Source: Chrysomallon squamiferum (lineage: Eukaryota; Animalia; Mollusca). Taken from it: a DNA stretch of 64,000 nt. The position numbers were made by a program, and so were the translations under genes. Position 1 is the stretch's first letter. Every line of letters starts with the position of its first letter. The DNA lies in assembly GCA_012295275.1 (NCBI GenBank), contig CM022665.1, positions 372,001 through 436,000 of the forward strand, given 5' to 3'. The notes under the pieces are model-generated. The model was given only the letters and a program-made list of their open reading frames with translations, searched no databases and was not told the DNA's origin. This document shows, piece by piece, positions 24,622-37,959 of this stretch.

Positions 24622-25820
24622 GTTAGTGTTACTGCTGCTTAATTAGAAATCTTCACATATTAATAATAATGTTAATTTCAATGGTAACTTAAAACCTTGA
24701 CATTTTAATAGGCACTGGAATTTTGGGACATTTTAATAGTCATTTGAAATCTTTGGTATTTTAATAATTATTTCTAAACCTTTGACATTTTTATAGTCAC
24801 TTGATGTCTTCGACGTTTCAGTAGATATTTAAAATGTTTGATATTTTAATAATCATATAGAATCTTTGATATTTAAATAGTGAAATTAAATTGTCAGAAT
24901 TCAACCTTTATTGCGAATTTGGACGTTTTGGTAGACATTTGAATACTTCAGTATTTTAATAATCATTTGACGTTTTTGACAGTTAAATAATCATGTGAAG
25001 ATCTTGAATGTTTAACAGTTTTTTGAAATTATTTGTTATTTTTAATTCTTACAGCATGAAATACATTTGAGAAGCAAGCGAAATATCATACAAAAAACAA
25101 AAACATAAAAGAAACCAAATAATGTAATGAAATGAAATAAAATAAAATAAATAAATAAATAAATTTAGGTACACATGAATATTTGTCTGTCTTTCAGACA
25201 GAAGAAAAACGAAAAACAAAATTATTAAGAACTAAAGACAAAACACAAAATAAAGTCACACAAACATAATTTCTTTGGTGTACAATTTTATTTTGTTGTT
25301 ATTTTATATAACATTTTCAAATTTTACTCAAGCTAATTTTCATATTTTATTAATGAAAATACCGTGTGTGGCTGTGTGTGTGTGTCAAATGAAATGTATA
25401 CAGTTATGAACAAGCACATTTATGTATACACAGGTAATTCACGTGATAGCACGTCCTGCTTTTACTGTGGAGGAGGACTTAGAAATTGGATGCAGGGAGA
25501 TAACCCTTACGTGGAACACGCCAGATGGTTTCCACGATGTGATTTCATCAAATATGTGAAGGGAGACAATTTTGTTGATTTGGTTCAAGAAATGAATGAA
25601 AATGAAGTGGAGGTAACTGGCTGAAATTTTTAGCTTTATCATGAAATTATTAAACTTTTGTATAAATATGTGTAGTTGTGTTTACACTAGGAATTCACCA
25701 ATTTCTTAAATTTAATTTAATTTTTCTAATCTTTTCTCTTTATGTTTATTACTGTTTTTATTGTTTGTTTTTATTTATTTATTTAAATTAGTTTGAAATT
25801 TTTATTATATTAATTTTTTT

Positions 25821-25859
<39 letters not shown>

Positions 25860-26890
25860 AAAATATGTCATTAATGTTTTTAAATTTATTTTAGATTAAC
25901 TATGACCAAGTGATGGATATTTTAAATGACTGTCGACCTACATTTGAACGTCTTGGAATTAAAACACATCAAGGTAAGTTTTAAAGTTAACAAAATTCTA
26001 GATTTATCAACAAGATTCTATAGATTGCACAGTTTCACAAATTAATGTCAAGATAAAAGTATTTAATAGTTTACATCCCATAAAAGTATCATTTTAAATG
26101 AGATCACGTCGGTAGTACTAATATTATAAATATCGTTTTTCATTTTGTTCGCATAGTTGATAAATTCCTTATATCTGAAGAAAAAAGTGGCGAATGTAAT
26201 GAAACAAGAAACACAGAACTTGCAACTGCAGGTATAGTGCAGTTTTATTTCACTACATTTTATTTGTTTATTTGTTTGTTTGTTTGCTTGCTTGTTATTA
26301 TTGTTTATATTATTGTTATTGTTAGTTATTATTAATATTGTTGTGTTATCATTACTGCTGTATTTTGTCTTGTTATCGTTTTTATTGTTACTATTATTAT
26401 TAATATTACTAGTATTATATTTTACTTGTTTATTATTTATTTATTATGAATGTTATTGTAGTCATTGATTATTATTATTATTATTATTATTAATAATATT
26501 ATTATTATTATTATTATTGATACCCGATATATTTAGGAAAGAAATACAGAAAACCTTTCTGTATATTCGTAAAACCTTGTGAAGATCAAATCTACAAACT
26601 ATTTGCTTAGAAAGGTTATGTGTAAGAAAGTATACAAGTTACTAAGTCTAAATGTTACTTAACGTATAAAAACTATATTATCTTTATTACGTCCTCTTTG
26701 ATATTTAATAGATTCCTTGCTGGATGATAATGAAGAACTCATCTGCAAAGTTTGTCTTGAAAACAAGATCAGAATAGTGTTCCTACCCTGCGGTCATCTT
26801 TGTTGCTGTGAAGATTGTGCGCCCAGACTGCGAACATGTCCACTTTGTAAAGAGATAATCCTAGCCACTGTGCGAGCTTTCTTGTGTTAA
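22465..26890 (+). CDS. IAP (BIR-BIR-RING) paralog B, core exons 22465-24621, 25434-25612, 25895-25973, 26157-26231, 26712-26890
   Basis: GT..AG introns with phases 1,0,1,1; open to TAA at 26888-26890. BIR1 ([22 protein letters not shown]16-H-X6-C), Ser/Thr-rich linker, BIR2 (CFYC-X16-H-X6-C), RING (CKVC...[12 protein letters not shown]...CPLC). Confidence 0.9.
24690..25030 (+). repeat. Degenerate intronic minisatellite of about 30 bp (gacattttaatagtcatttgaaatcttt-like); shorter version in copy A at about 3760-3970
   Basis: Recurring (g)acattttaata/atattttaataat...tttgaa motifs. Confidence 0.55.
25434..25612 (+). CDS. IAP-B BIR2 C-terminal exon
   Basis: Part of ORF 25364..25624; 179 nt as in copy A; [11 protein letters not shown]...EHARWFPRC. 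Confidence 0.92.
25895..25973 (+). CDS. IAP-B linker exon 1 ([26 protein letters not shown]), phase 0-1
   Basis: ttttag| acceptor and aag|gtaagt donor; open frame. Confidence 0.7.
26157..26231 (+). CDS. IAP-B linker exon 2 ([24 protein letters not shown]), phase 1-1
   Basis: gttcgcatag| acceptor and cag|gtatag donor; homologous to the 3' part of copy A exon 4665-4752. Confidence 0.65.
26712..26890 (+). CDS. IAP-B terminal RING exon
   Basis: aatag| acceptor; [49 protein letters not shown]. Confidence 0.93.
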
Positions 26891-26974
26891 TCTGTTTCTA
26901 ACCATTTTTATTATAATTTTTATTTTATTTTATTTTGTTTAATTATTATTATTATTAAGATGACGATGTGTTGA

Positions 26975-28380
26975 ATTTTAATTCATTTTAATTTGGTGTC
27001 AGTGGACAGCTTCATCGCGAGATTGTGGAACGCAGAAAACGGTTATGGTCAAAGTTTACTGAAAACATGGACTGCGTGTGACATTAGTAGTTGACAGACT
27101 TTTTATTGAAGGAAGTCGATGGTACTTAGATACTCAGACACAAGGTACACATCACGAATCGAACATTCACAGATCACAAATTGTAAATCCAGACAAGCGT
27201 GCCCGCAGTTTCTCCTCAGAGACGGAAGAGATTGCCTAGGACAGCCGGAGATCAACACTGGCGACAATCAAGATGAACTGACTCAAGTATCTACCAACCA
27301 CTGTCATACAAACACAGTTAACACTTCTGTCTCTGTATTTTTAAAACTGTGGCTTGAAACCTAAACTGCATATACCAGAATTTTAAAACTTTTTTAATCA
27401 GTATGATATTTTGTGTTTAGTAGAAACAAAACTTGATGATATTGATAAGGAGGAAATACCATATTATCCAGTATATAGAAATAACAGAATTGGAAAATCA
27501 TGTGCTAAATCGGGCGGCACGTGTCTAGCTGTCAAAAGTAACATCACTTCAAAAGTACAAGTTTGTAATAACAACATCTGAATATGTATTACAGTTTAAA
27601 TTTAAATCTAGAAAAAACATCTAATATATTTTCTGGTGTTGTATATATACCGCCTAAAGTCTCTCGCTATTTTAACAGTGATACTTTTAACGTGTTGCAA
27701 GAGGAACTTAATAACATACCTGCTGAAAACTAGAAACATATTATATACACAAGCACAGAAGGGATTGCATTCAATTCTACAACAAGGAAAATGTCATAAT
27801 ATTTCCATTCAGTGTCAACTAAAATTATTTTAACGCATGGTTCTACCAGTTCTGCAGCATGGTAGCTAAATTTTGGAATTTGAAAATGTGTCATTACTTG
27901 AAAAATTATGAAATTGTTATTACCTGTAAGGAAATCTGCTCTATTGTACTTATTAAATGGAGAACTTTGACATTATCCAGTATATACTACTGTAAAAGTA
28001 AAAGTTATTATTTACTAGTATCGAATGATCACCGTAAAGCAGTCTAAGTTTATATGACTAGTGTACAGACTTTTGCTGAATGTTAACAATAACACTTTCA
28101 ATCACAAATGGATATTATTTAACTCTAAAAAAGCTGCTGTCCTTAGAGAACTTTCTATTTTCTGTAATCTAATCATGAATGTTTTCAAATCCAGTGGCTC
28201 ATATATTGATATACTGTAAATATTTTATCATTATGTACATTACTGTAAATCCATCATCTTGTTATAATTATTATAATTATATTAAATTTTGTATGAATGC
28301 ATTTTCATATGCCGTACATTACGGTCTGAGTGTAAATACAGTTCAGTTCAGGTGGTTACGTAACCAGTGTAAAATAGTTT
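26975..28380 (+). mobile_element. Paralogous degenerate LINE relic downstream of IAP-B
   Basis: Colinear with 5600-6960 (ORF 27636..27833 matches 6163..6411). A/B homology ends at about 7107/28519; AATAAA at 6971 and 28381. Confidence 0.75.
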
Positions 28381-29871
28381 AATAAAAGAACTGAGAACGT
28401 AAATGAAAAAATCAGTTTCCACTGAAAAGTAATTCCAGACGTTGTTATATTCTAGATGTGCGTTTTATAACTAATTTTCATTTGATTTTATTATGTTGAT
28501 ATATGCTTTGATATTATGTTATTAAAAAATCAATTTAAAAATAAAATAGCAAAGGACATGACAGTGTTTAGAAAATAAAAATGAAAGGATAAATTCAGTA
28601 TGTAGTTGTGTATGCTGCACAACAACGATGCTTACAGCAGTTGTAAAGATGTAAGTTGAGAAGACCTGGTAGAAGGTTGGAAAACTTGTTATCATAGAGA
28701 ACTCTAAAAATAAACACAGGTAGATCAGTAAATACATGTTAGATAAGTAATAAATAATCAAAGACATTAAGTGATAAACAAAATAATAAATAATTAAAGG
28801 CATGAAAAGATAATGTAAATAACAGAATAGATATTTTAGATAACTAAATGCATTTTACCTTAATAATAATAATTAAAAGCTTTAATAAAATAAGTATTTC
28901 AGGGCCAATCATTTTATTTAATACATTTTTAGAATTCTGTAGACAAACATTTAAATATCTGTATTTTATTTACATTATTTGAAAATTCTGTAGAGAAATA
29001 TTTTAATATCTGGATTTTATTTATTAAACTTTCAGAATTTTGCAAACATATATTTTTCTATGTGTATTTTATTATTAAACTTTGAGAATTTTGCAAACAT
29101 ACATTTTTAAATGTGTATTTTATTATTAAACTTTGGAAAGTCTGTAAACAAACATTTTAGTATCTGTATTTAATCAGGTTTTCAAGTAACTGACACTCTT
29201 AAATGTATCCAAACATTTCCTGTAACACTTGCTGCCAAAGGTATTTTACTAAATAAGAAGGAAAGTATAAATAAATAAACAGGTTATCACTTACAAAGTC
29301 CTCAATGAATGCAGACCTGAGAAGGCATCCGATGGAATAATCAGTATCTGATTGTTACTCAAGTCTATGTGAAATGCACAAAAATAAATAAATAAAATAC
29401 AAAATTACAGTAAGAGAAATCTAAACACCCTGCCTTTATAATCAAACAACAAAATGCTTTTCATTTATCAAAATTAAATCAGTGCAGAAGGTACTCATTC
29501 AAAAGAGAGGTGCAATCAGTTACTGTAAAATGATAACGAAACTTGAGAAAATACATTAAAGGTCGTATTTAGTAGATATAAATGTTAAAAGCAAATTGTT
29601 ATTTGAATGATTGCATTGATACCTACATTATAATGCTTGATACCACTTTTAGAACAGAAAACAAAACAAAATTATTTAAAAATTAATGTTTCGCTCTTTT
29701 TCCTTAAAAAAAAAAAAAAAAAAATGAAAAAAGCATTCACTTTCTAAAACCTGTACTGTTATGCATGCAAACAATGATTTTCCTATTTTGATTTTAAAAA
29801 ATTCATTGGTCCATACTACTTTTAACAACCATTCTTGAACAGGAACGACTGGAATCTGATACGCTGAATGT

Positions 29872-29923
<52 letters not shown>

Positions 29924-31019
29924 TTAAATTTTCAGAATAGAATAAACAGATATTATAAATTTGATTTTCCTGAAAGGCATCTACTGAGCTACCGAACAAT
30001 ATGTCCGATGCGGAATAATATATAACAAACATCATATTTATTAAATAAATTGCATTATATATCTGAAATTTTATTTTTGCTATAGTTCTGAAACCCATAT
30101 ACTTTATTTTATAATAAAAATGAATATATTTTATACCATAGAAGTATAAACAATTATTGAAATTGCGAACTATTTGTTTGAAAGAACTGACGTGCGATAA
30201 ACTGTTCGATGGAGTTTTTGTTCGCGGATTTCACAGCGGCTGGAATTGTTCGCTGCCTTTATTTCAGATGTTGGCAAATTAAGGTAAGCAAACTTATCGA
30301 GCTATAAGCAAACCTTTTATATGAAATAAATATTTGCGATAAAATTATTAATAGTGGCTACTGTGTTATAACTTGTAGAAAAAGAGGTCACCCAAATAAT
30401 ATTTTTGGGGCGATTAACCCATAATTATTTTTAACATCCCAGTCGCCTTAAACGGAAATTTGGAAACCTGGCGACGGGCTATTTCAAATCCTGCATATTA
30501 TCTGTTAAGAAATCTGTTTTGTAATATAAATTGTTATTTTATAACTGTTTAAATATTTCAGTCAGAACATGTAACTAATTACATCTTTTGATAACTTTTA
30601 ATATTTTATGACATTAGCTGTTACATATTTCTTCATAATGCTGAGATGATACAATTTTAAATTTGTAATTTTCTTATTTCATTTTAACTGTAGCAAGTTT
30701 TTAAATGTAACTCTATGTTACACGGTATACTGGTATTCATCTAAGTTTCCATGCTTTATTTTTCAGGCTTAATCATTAATATTTCACACAGCTGTTAAAT
30801 GTTTCCTTGTAATGTTCATCTACATTATGTTTCATATTTTATACTATGTGTTTGTGTTTTTTGTTTATATATATATATATATATCTCAGTTTGAACGTCT
30901 CAGTTTTTTCTGTGTTCAGTATTTCAGAAACTGACTGTTGTTGCTGAAAGTGGAAATCTTTCTTTTATTTTTATTTGCTGCTTGTGATATGATGTCACCT
31001 GTATTTAAACTGAACAATC

Positions 31020-34000
31020 ATTCATGGCCATCCTGCTGCTGATGGTTTTCCAAGAACTCCTGGTGTTCCAGGTAGAAAATCATTTCCAGGTGAAAAATAT
31101 AACCATGTTTCCCTGGACAGTGAGGTAAGTGTGTCATATATATAAATAAACAAAAAATCAGAACTGACAGAAATTGTATACCATAATCAGTTTTCTAATG
31201 ATACTACTAATACTATTAGTTTCCAGCATTTACCAAACTGTAACATGTTTTATATACAAAAATAGCAATATCCTTTAAAATATTAAACAAAATTTCTATT
31301 TATTTTTTCACTTTTAAACAAAATGTTATTTTATTGTTTCAGTTTTAAACAGGAGAACCAGATATGTATTAAACAGTTATGGCTTTTGATGTTTTATTAT
31401 TTTAATTTTTTAATGGTAATCTTGAAATAAACCCTACAAAAATTTTATTTAAAAAGAATAAGGAATGTTACATTGAAAGGGATAAAAATAAAAGTTTTTG
31501 ATTATTTAAATATGTGTTTCGAACATTTCAATGGCCCAAGAAGTGACACTGGAACTTTCAGGTTATAAATTATATTTCATGGTCTGTGTTTTCAGAATAA
31601 ATCTAAACAACATATTTGTTTTTAAAATGTTTGTAATAATTACAATCGCCTAGGTTTATTTATACTTTTTGCCATGAAGCATTGTTTTGAAAGTAAACCA
31701 AAATGTAGGAAAGAAGTATATGTATGAATTGAATGTTTATATTTGAATCAGTTGTTGAGTTATATACCATCTGCAGTTGTGTGTCAAGGTTTGAAAACTG
31801 ACATTAATTTTTTTTTAAATTTAAACTGTAAAAAAACCTAACAGTTACTGAATACAAGTCTGGTTTAAGAGACAACTTTAACATCTTTTAATCTAGACAA
31901 GCAGCATGTCTTGTACAAGTAATTAATATTATAAAAATACCCAGTTAATTAATACCTGAATAATAAAATTCTATTTCTGTCTGTTACAGATTATGACAGT
32001 TTTTCAGGTAAAAAAGGTGTAGCTGGTTACCCCGGAGAACTTGGTATCCATGAACAGGATGTTTGTGTGATGGGCAGGATTTGGGTAATTGAGCTATCTT
32101 AATTTATTAAACATGACTTAGTTTCATGTTTTAATGTTATCAAAACTGAAGGTTGAAATAGAAGCATTGGTTTTTTTTGTTTTTTTTGTATCTGATATAA
32201 AAAAATTAAATAAAATAAAAAAATGTTTTCTTTAAACTCATTTAAAGCACAAGATTATAAGTATGTTACCAAAAAAAATTGGTTCCAATGTACCAGAAGA
32301 TGTTCTGTTTCATTGGATAGAGCCTTAAGAATCTAAAAACATGAGACCCAAAATTGACAATTTTTTAAAATATCTTGGAAAATTGAAGGAGTTATGGCAA
32401 TTTCAGACGCTGAAAAATGTACCAATTTGCATATATTTTTATTAAAAAAATCATTCACATGCTAAGCCTACTTGGATGACTTTGTAAGGCAAATTTTAAA
32501 CTTTTTTCACAAGAATATTGGAGATGCTTATGGTTAATTACTTAATAGAAATTAAATTTTCGAAAGCAAGGATACATAGAAATGTTTACAGAACATCATC
32601 AAAAAAGATTTATGCTCAGAAATCTATTTATAGGCTGTCAGCAGGCCATTTTCTGATGGTCCTCTCCCCATCTGCTGCTACTAGAGAACAGTATTATCAG
32701 TGATATTGGAAAAGCTGAGATAGCAGAAAGTGTGTAATTGTAACATTGCATCAGTATATTTTAAAAATTTTAGCTTTACTCAGGATACACATTTATTGAA
32801 TGAGAAAATGGTTTAGGTATTACAAACAAACAGAAAGACTATCCTAACTAACAGTAAAAAAATAAACATTACACTGCAGTTAGTGCTGTGAGCTGTTTGA
32901 GAAGATTTACAACCATGTTTTTATGTTCTGCAACATCAACAATGTGTGCAGCACAGCATCACAGAATGGTTACAGTTACTGGCTGTTAACACTGGAGCCA
33001 GTGTTGATGTTGATGATGTTGATGATGAATCCAGTGAAAGGTGAACAGACAGGCAGACATTAGCAGTTTGTGAATCTCCAGACCCTGTAAGTCCTCCCTT
33101 GTACCCATTTTAATAACTCATTAATATTTAATCATGAATATTCATATTTGTATTTGATTTCCATTGTTTTAGATAGGCAACTGTGACTACGATATGATAT
33201 TTTTAACATTTAGAAGTATTCAGTATATAATCATTATTTATTTGTGAATACATTTTCAGTGTAAGATTTTTTATTACAATCATAAATTTGAATTTTTGTA
33301 ATGTTTATTAATTTAATACTTACTGATAGGAATTAATTTTTAATTTTGAATTAACATTCAGTATTTATTGATATGATTTAAATATTTATATTTGCATATT
33401 ATGCAATATGTTATTAAATATGGTATTTAAAATTAAAATATGGAGTTTGTTTTTTAACAAATATTAGTATTGTAAAGTTGTAATTATTACTTCCCTTACT
33501 TTGAGATTTTTTTTCTCACAGGTTTTAGCTGTACACAGTCAGACAAGGCTGAATCCAGAGTGTTCACTGGTCTGGTGTGGATTATGGACTGGCAACAGTT
33601 TTGCCATGGTAAGTTTGAAATAAGTTGGTTTACTGCTAAAAAGTTTTAATTTTGTAACTTCAACTTTGAAATTCATTCCAGTTTTGATTTTATTGATAAT
33701 ATGTTTGTTACAGTTTGTATTTATTTAATATAACCGATGGTTTATTCAGGGTCATTAGTGTTGTTGCCATAAACCTAGGTCAGTTTGTTCTCTTTGGAAA
33801 TGCCAATCTTACAATACTTTTTATATTTAATCTTTCTGTGTAAATGGCTGTCTTTTTTTAAGTTCTTTGATTTCTTGGATTAAAGTATTTATAAAACTGG
33901 AGAGGTTTTTAGGTTGTGTTGTCTTTTGTTTGTTTTTTCCCTTTGTAACTTTATATATCTGCAATTTACTATTCAAATTTAATTTCAAGTCAGGCTATTA

Positions 34001-35260
34001 ATTATCACTCAGTATTAAAAAAAAATTAAAATTAAAATAATGCAGCTTTCATTATAAAACAAGAACTCACACGCATACTAAAACACACACTCACTCAAAG
34101 CCAATTATTTAACTTTCAGTTATCTTTTAAATGTAAGAAAAAGTAGGTGTAAATTAATATATTCAAATAATAAACAAAAAACAAACTAATAAATAAATAC
34201 ATCAATAAATAACGTTTAAAAATAATAATATTTTAACAGACTGCAAAATTTAATAATCTGATAATTATTTTAAAATTTGTTTTTAATATTTATAGAAGCT
34301 GAATTAATATATTTCAATAATACTATATATTGGGGGATAGGGAGGGTAGAGAATGGTTAGGAATAAAATAATAATCATGACTGAGGAACAAGCAAACAAG
34401 ACAGGGTTTCAAATGGTTTAAATTAATTTCATGTTGGAGAAACAAATCCGTTTTCCCATCAAAATATTTCCATGTTATTACTGAATTTGTTATTATTCTT
34501 AATATTTTAATTGTTTTTTCCATCTGTAGGAACTTAGAAGTTAGGCAAATGAATTTCTTCATTTTTTAAAAAAATTTTGGATGTCCCTGGAAACCCTCTT
34601 TAGTCTTTTCAAAGATGTAACAGAAATGATCTCTGGCTTCATTAATAGAAATGTTGGTGCATTTCATTGAAATGTTGTCATGGTGTTTGTAATTCTGCAG
34701 CAAAATTAATTATAGTTCCCTGCATTACCTCTCTTTGAGGGAATGATATATCATTTAATCAGGAATTAAAGTTTTAATGTTCTAATTAAAAATAATTTAA
34801 AAAACTTTATTTTACTCTAATTTTGAACAATGTAAATAAAATGATATAAAAGCTTATGACTTAAAATCATGACTAAAAATTACCTTGTAAAATTACTGAA
34901 TACTTTCATTATGTTGTTTTAATAACCATACAAATGCAAACTTGACTTCAGTGAATGAACTGTTTTATATTGATGCAGTATTTCGCTCTAGAAGCAAAAT
35001 CAAAGAAACTATCATGTATTAATATTGTTATCAATATAATATTTTTTCTTTTTTCTTTTCTTTATTCTATAATTTTATTTTATTTTTTTTTATTTTTTTT
35101 TTATGAATTGATAAATTGTAAATTATTTCAAGATTATGAATATCTTGTGCAGGTAGTTGTTCCATATCTGACAGGTACAATCTCCATGGTGACCAGACAG
35201 GTGAACTAAGAAAAAAGGGAGGTAATTCATCAGGTCACACTGTGGCATGTGTGAAGAGTC
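31020..35260 (+). pseudogene. Decayed collagen-like (Gly-X-Y) exons
   Basis: 31026-31124 GHP-AAD-GFP-RTP-GVP-GRK-SFP-GEK with donor gag|gtaagt; 31990-32084 GKK-GVA-GYP-GEL-GIH bounded by ttacag| and |gtaatt; more degenerate exon-like pieces at about 33522-33608 and 35130-35260. Confidence 0.5.
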
Positions 35261-35599
35261 TGTGAAATGAAACACTGGTTTTACACTCTTCATGCAGAAG
35301 TCCATGGCATCATGTACACTTGTTTACATGCTGCTTCCAAACAACACTCTAGGTACGTATGTCTCAGTCTTTCAACTGTTGAAGATTGAAGCAGAAAGAA
35401 ACTTCAACCTGAAACCACAGATTATCCACACTTAACACATTTTTTATTTTTGTTTTTGTTAATTTCTTTTTTAATTTAATAATATAAATATTTACACAAA
35501 ATATATAATAAATAAACAGGGCATTATTTATGTATTTTTTTAATTATTATTTAAATTTTTGGCTACATTTTAATAAACATCCTTTTTTGGTTTAAGTTG

Positions 35600-36640
35600 T
35601 AGAGTTCATAACAGAGATGCTGCTGTGCACAGTCATTGTACCAAATGTGGCGGAAACTGAAGTGAAGCAGTGTCTATCTACAATTCAGCAGAGATCTGCA
35701 ACTTCTCAAGATACACCGTGACTTTTGATTCAGCAACAGCAAGCTGTTGCTCAACTTCCAAAATATACATCCACTGAAAGAATGATTGAGAGGAAAAGGA
35801 AGTTGGATGGTGAACCTGTGCCGATTCCAAGAACTGTCAGTGAAATTAACATTCCAGAAATGCTGAAAAAAAAAAAAAAACTATGAGAGGAGACAAATTT
35901 CTGCTACATGACTCTGGTGCACATGACCCTGAAAGATTCTTCATCTTTGGAACACAACAAAAATCTAGACTACTTGGCTACTAATGGTGACTGGTTTGCT
36001 GATGGAACTTTCAAAATTGCACCTTGTTGCTTCTGTCAGTTAACAACAATTTGTACAAAGAAAAGTGGGACTGTGTTACCAATGCTGTACATCTTCCTCC
36101 AAGGAAAACCACAGGCCGTGTATAGAAGAGCTTCTGAAATTATTTATGCAATGAAAGAAAATATGCAACCAACTTCTGTCATGTGTGATTTTGAGAAGGC
36201 TTTTCACAACGCAGTGCAAGAGGTGTTTTGTCTACAAGTTCATCTTGCTGGGTTCTTATTTCTTTTGCGCCAGTGTATTTGGAGAAAAATTCAGAGAGAG
36301 AACCTGCTTGAAGCCGATTGTGATAATGAGCAGGTACGTCTTAAGTGTAAGAAGCTGAGGCCTTAGCCTTTGTACCTGCTGAAAACATTATTCAAGTCTT
36401 TGAAACCATTCAGGATGACATTCCGGATAACATGACCGGTCTGTTCAACTATTTTGAAGACACTTTGATTTCTCAACCAGGCAGACGAGGACAGAGAAGT
36501 GATCTGATGTTTGTTTTCACTCTTTGGTTCATCCATGACAGAGTTGTACAAGGACTACCTAGTACAAACTACTTGATGGAGGGCTGGCATAGAGCACTTC
36601 AGGATACTGTTGGTATATACATCCCGCTGTCTGTTCAGGA
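35600..36640 (+). mobile_element. Mutator-like (MULE) DDE transposase pseudogene
   Basis: WFADGTFKIAP (first D), VMCDFEKAFHNA (second D), degenerate CxFH region (GFLFLLRQCIWRKIQ), STNYLMEGWHR (E), spread over frameshifted ORFs 35908..36366 and 36432..36713. No TIRs identified. Confidence 0.85.
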
Positions 36641-37959
36641 TATTATACAGAATCAGTTGCTGTTATTATGCTACCATTTAGATAAGTTTTATTCCTGTCA
36701 GAGTTGGTTTTAAGGACAATGTACAGGAAAGTCCAAAGATTACAAATTAACCGCTGTTTAATAGCAAGAGTATTCGAAGAAAATACCTGTAACAAAAATA
36801 AAGTTCAATTTAATTTTACTGTAATAAAAATAATACTGTTTAACATTATATTTTATACGTGGCATATTAGTCTATTGAATATAACATAGTTGAATCTATT
36901 ACAAATATTAATATTTGTGTATCAGAAAATCTCAGTAGATTTATGAAGAGTGAGTTAAAGTAATAAAACTGTTTATTCAAATCTGAGTTGGTCTCAGTAA
37001 GTCACAAGACGTAGGAAGTTACTATACGAGAAAGTATTGTGTAAACAATGTACCTAGTTGTAATATGATTAATATTTAGATAACTTTTACTAGAATAAAA
37101 TATAGTGTGTTCAAGAAAATTAATTATAATTAAAACAGCAGAAACAACAACGCAACAAAGAAACACTCAAGCAAACAAACAAACTAATAAATAAATAAAA
37201 TAAAAAATGGTTATAGCCTATGAGATTATTATGAATAGCAGTTTACTTTCTTGAAGCTTACAAGTTTATAGAACTTTGTAAACGCAGTTTGAGTCACGTG
37301 ATCGTTACGACACAGAGACAACTCGTACATTTTGTTGTCTATTTCTAATGTAACAAAGGATCAGAGCTGTTCATTACAGAAATAATGTTACTAGGAATTT
37401 AGTTAAGTTCATAAAAAATTTAATGTTTAAACAATGTACCTAGTTGCAAAGTTAATAATATTTAGTTAACATTACTAGAATAAAATATAATCTATTAAAC
37501 AAATTATAAATAAATAAATAAATAACCCGATTTGTGTCAACACCCTTCCTCAGTACTGTTTTTAATGATAGAAATGTATCGAGTAAGTTTTAAGACAAAT
37601 ATCAAATATTTTTAGATCTATGCCGCTAATATAGAATATTTGTGTGTGGTTTCTTTCTTTTGCAAACGAAACTTCTATTTTTAAAACGGACTAAAATGTT
37701 ACCTGTAATGTTTGAGAAAAGAGTACATAATGTTATGAGAAAATCAAACGAAATATCGATGTGTTTGAACTGTTCTTTACAGAAATAATGTGATTAGGAA
37801 TTTAGATAATATTACAGACATTTTAGTAACAGTCTTGTTCATCTAGTAATCATATATTTTTGTCACGGAATATTCTGATATTTATCAAACATATTAAACC
37901 GATTTTAACTTTACTTACTTGTTTAAATTTGTGTAAGTTTCATAGCAACTAGCAAAGCT

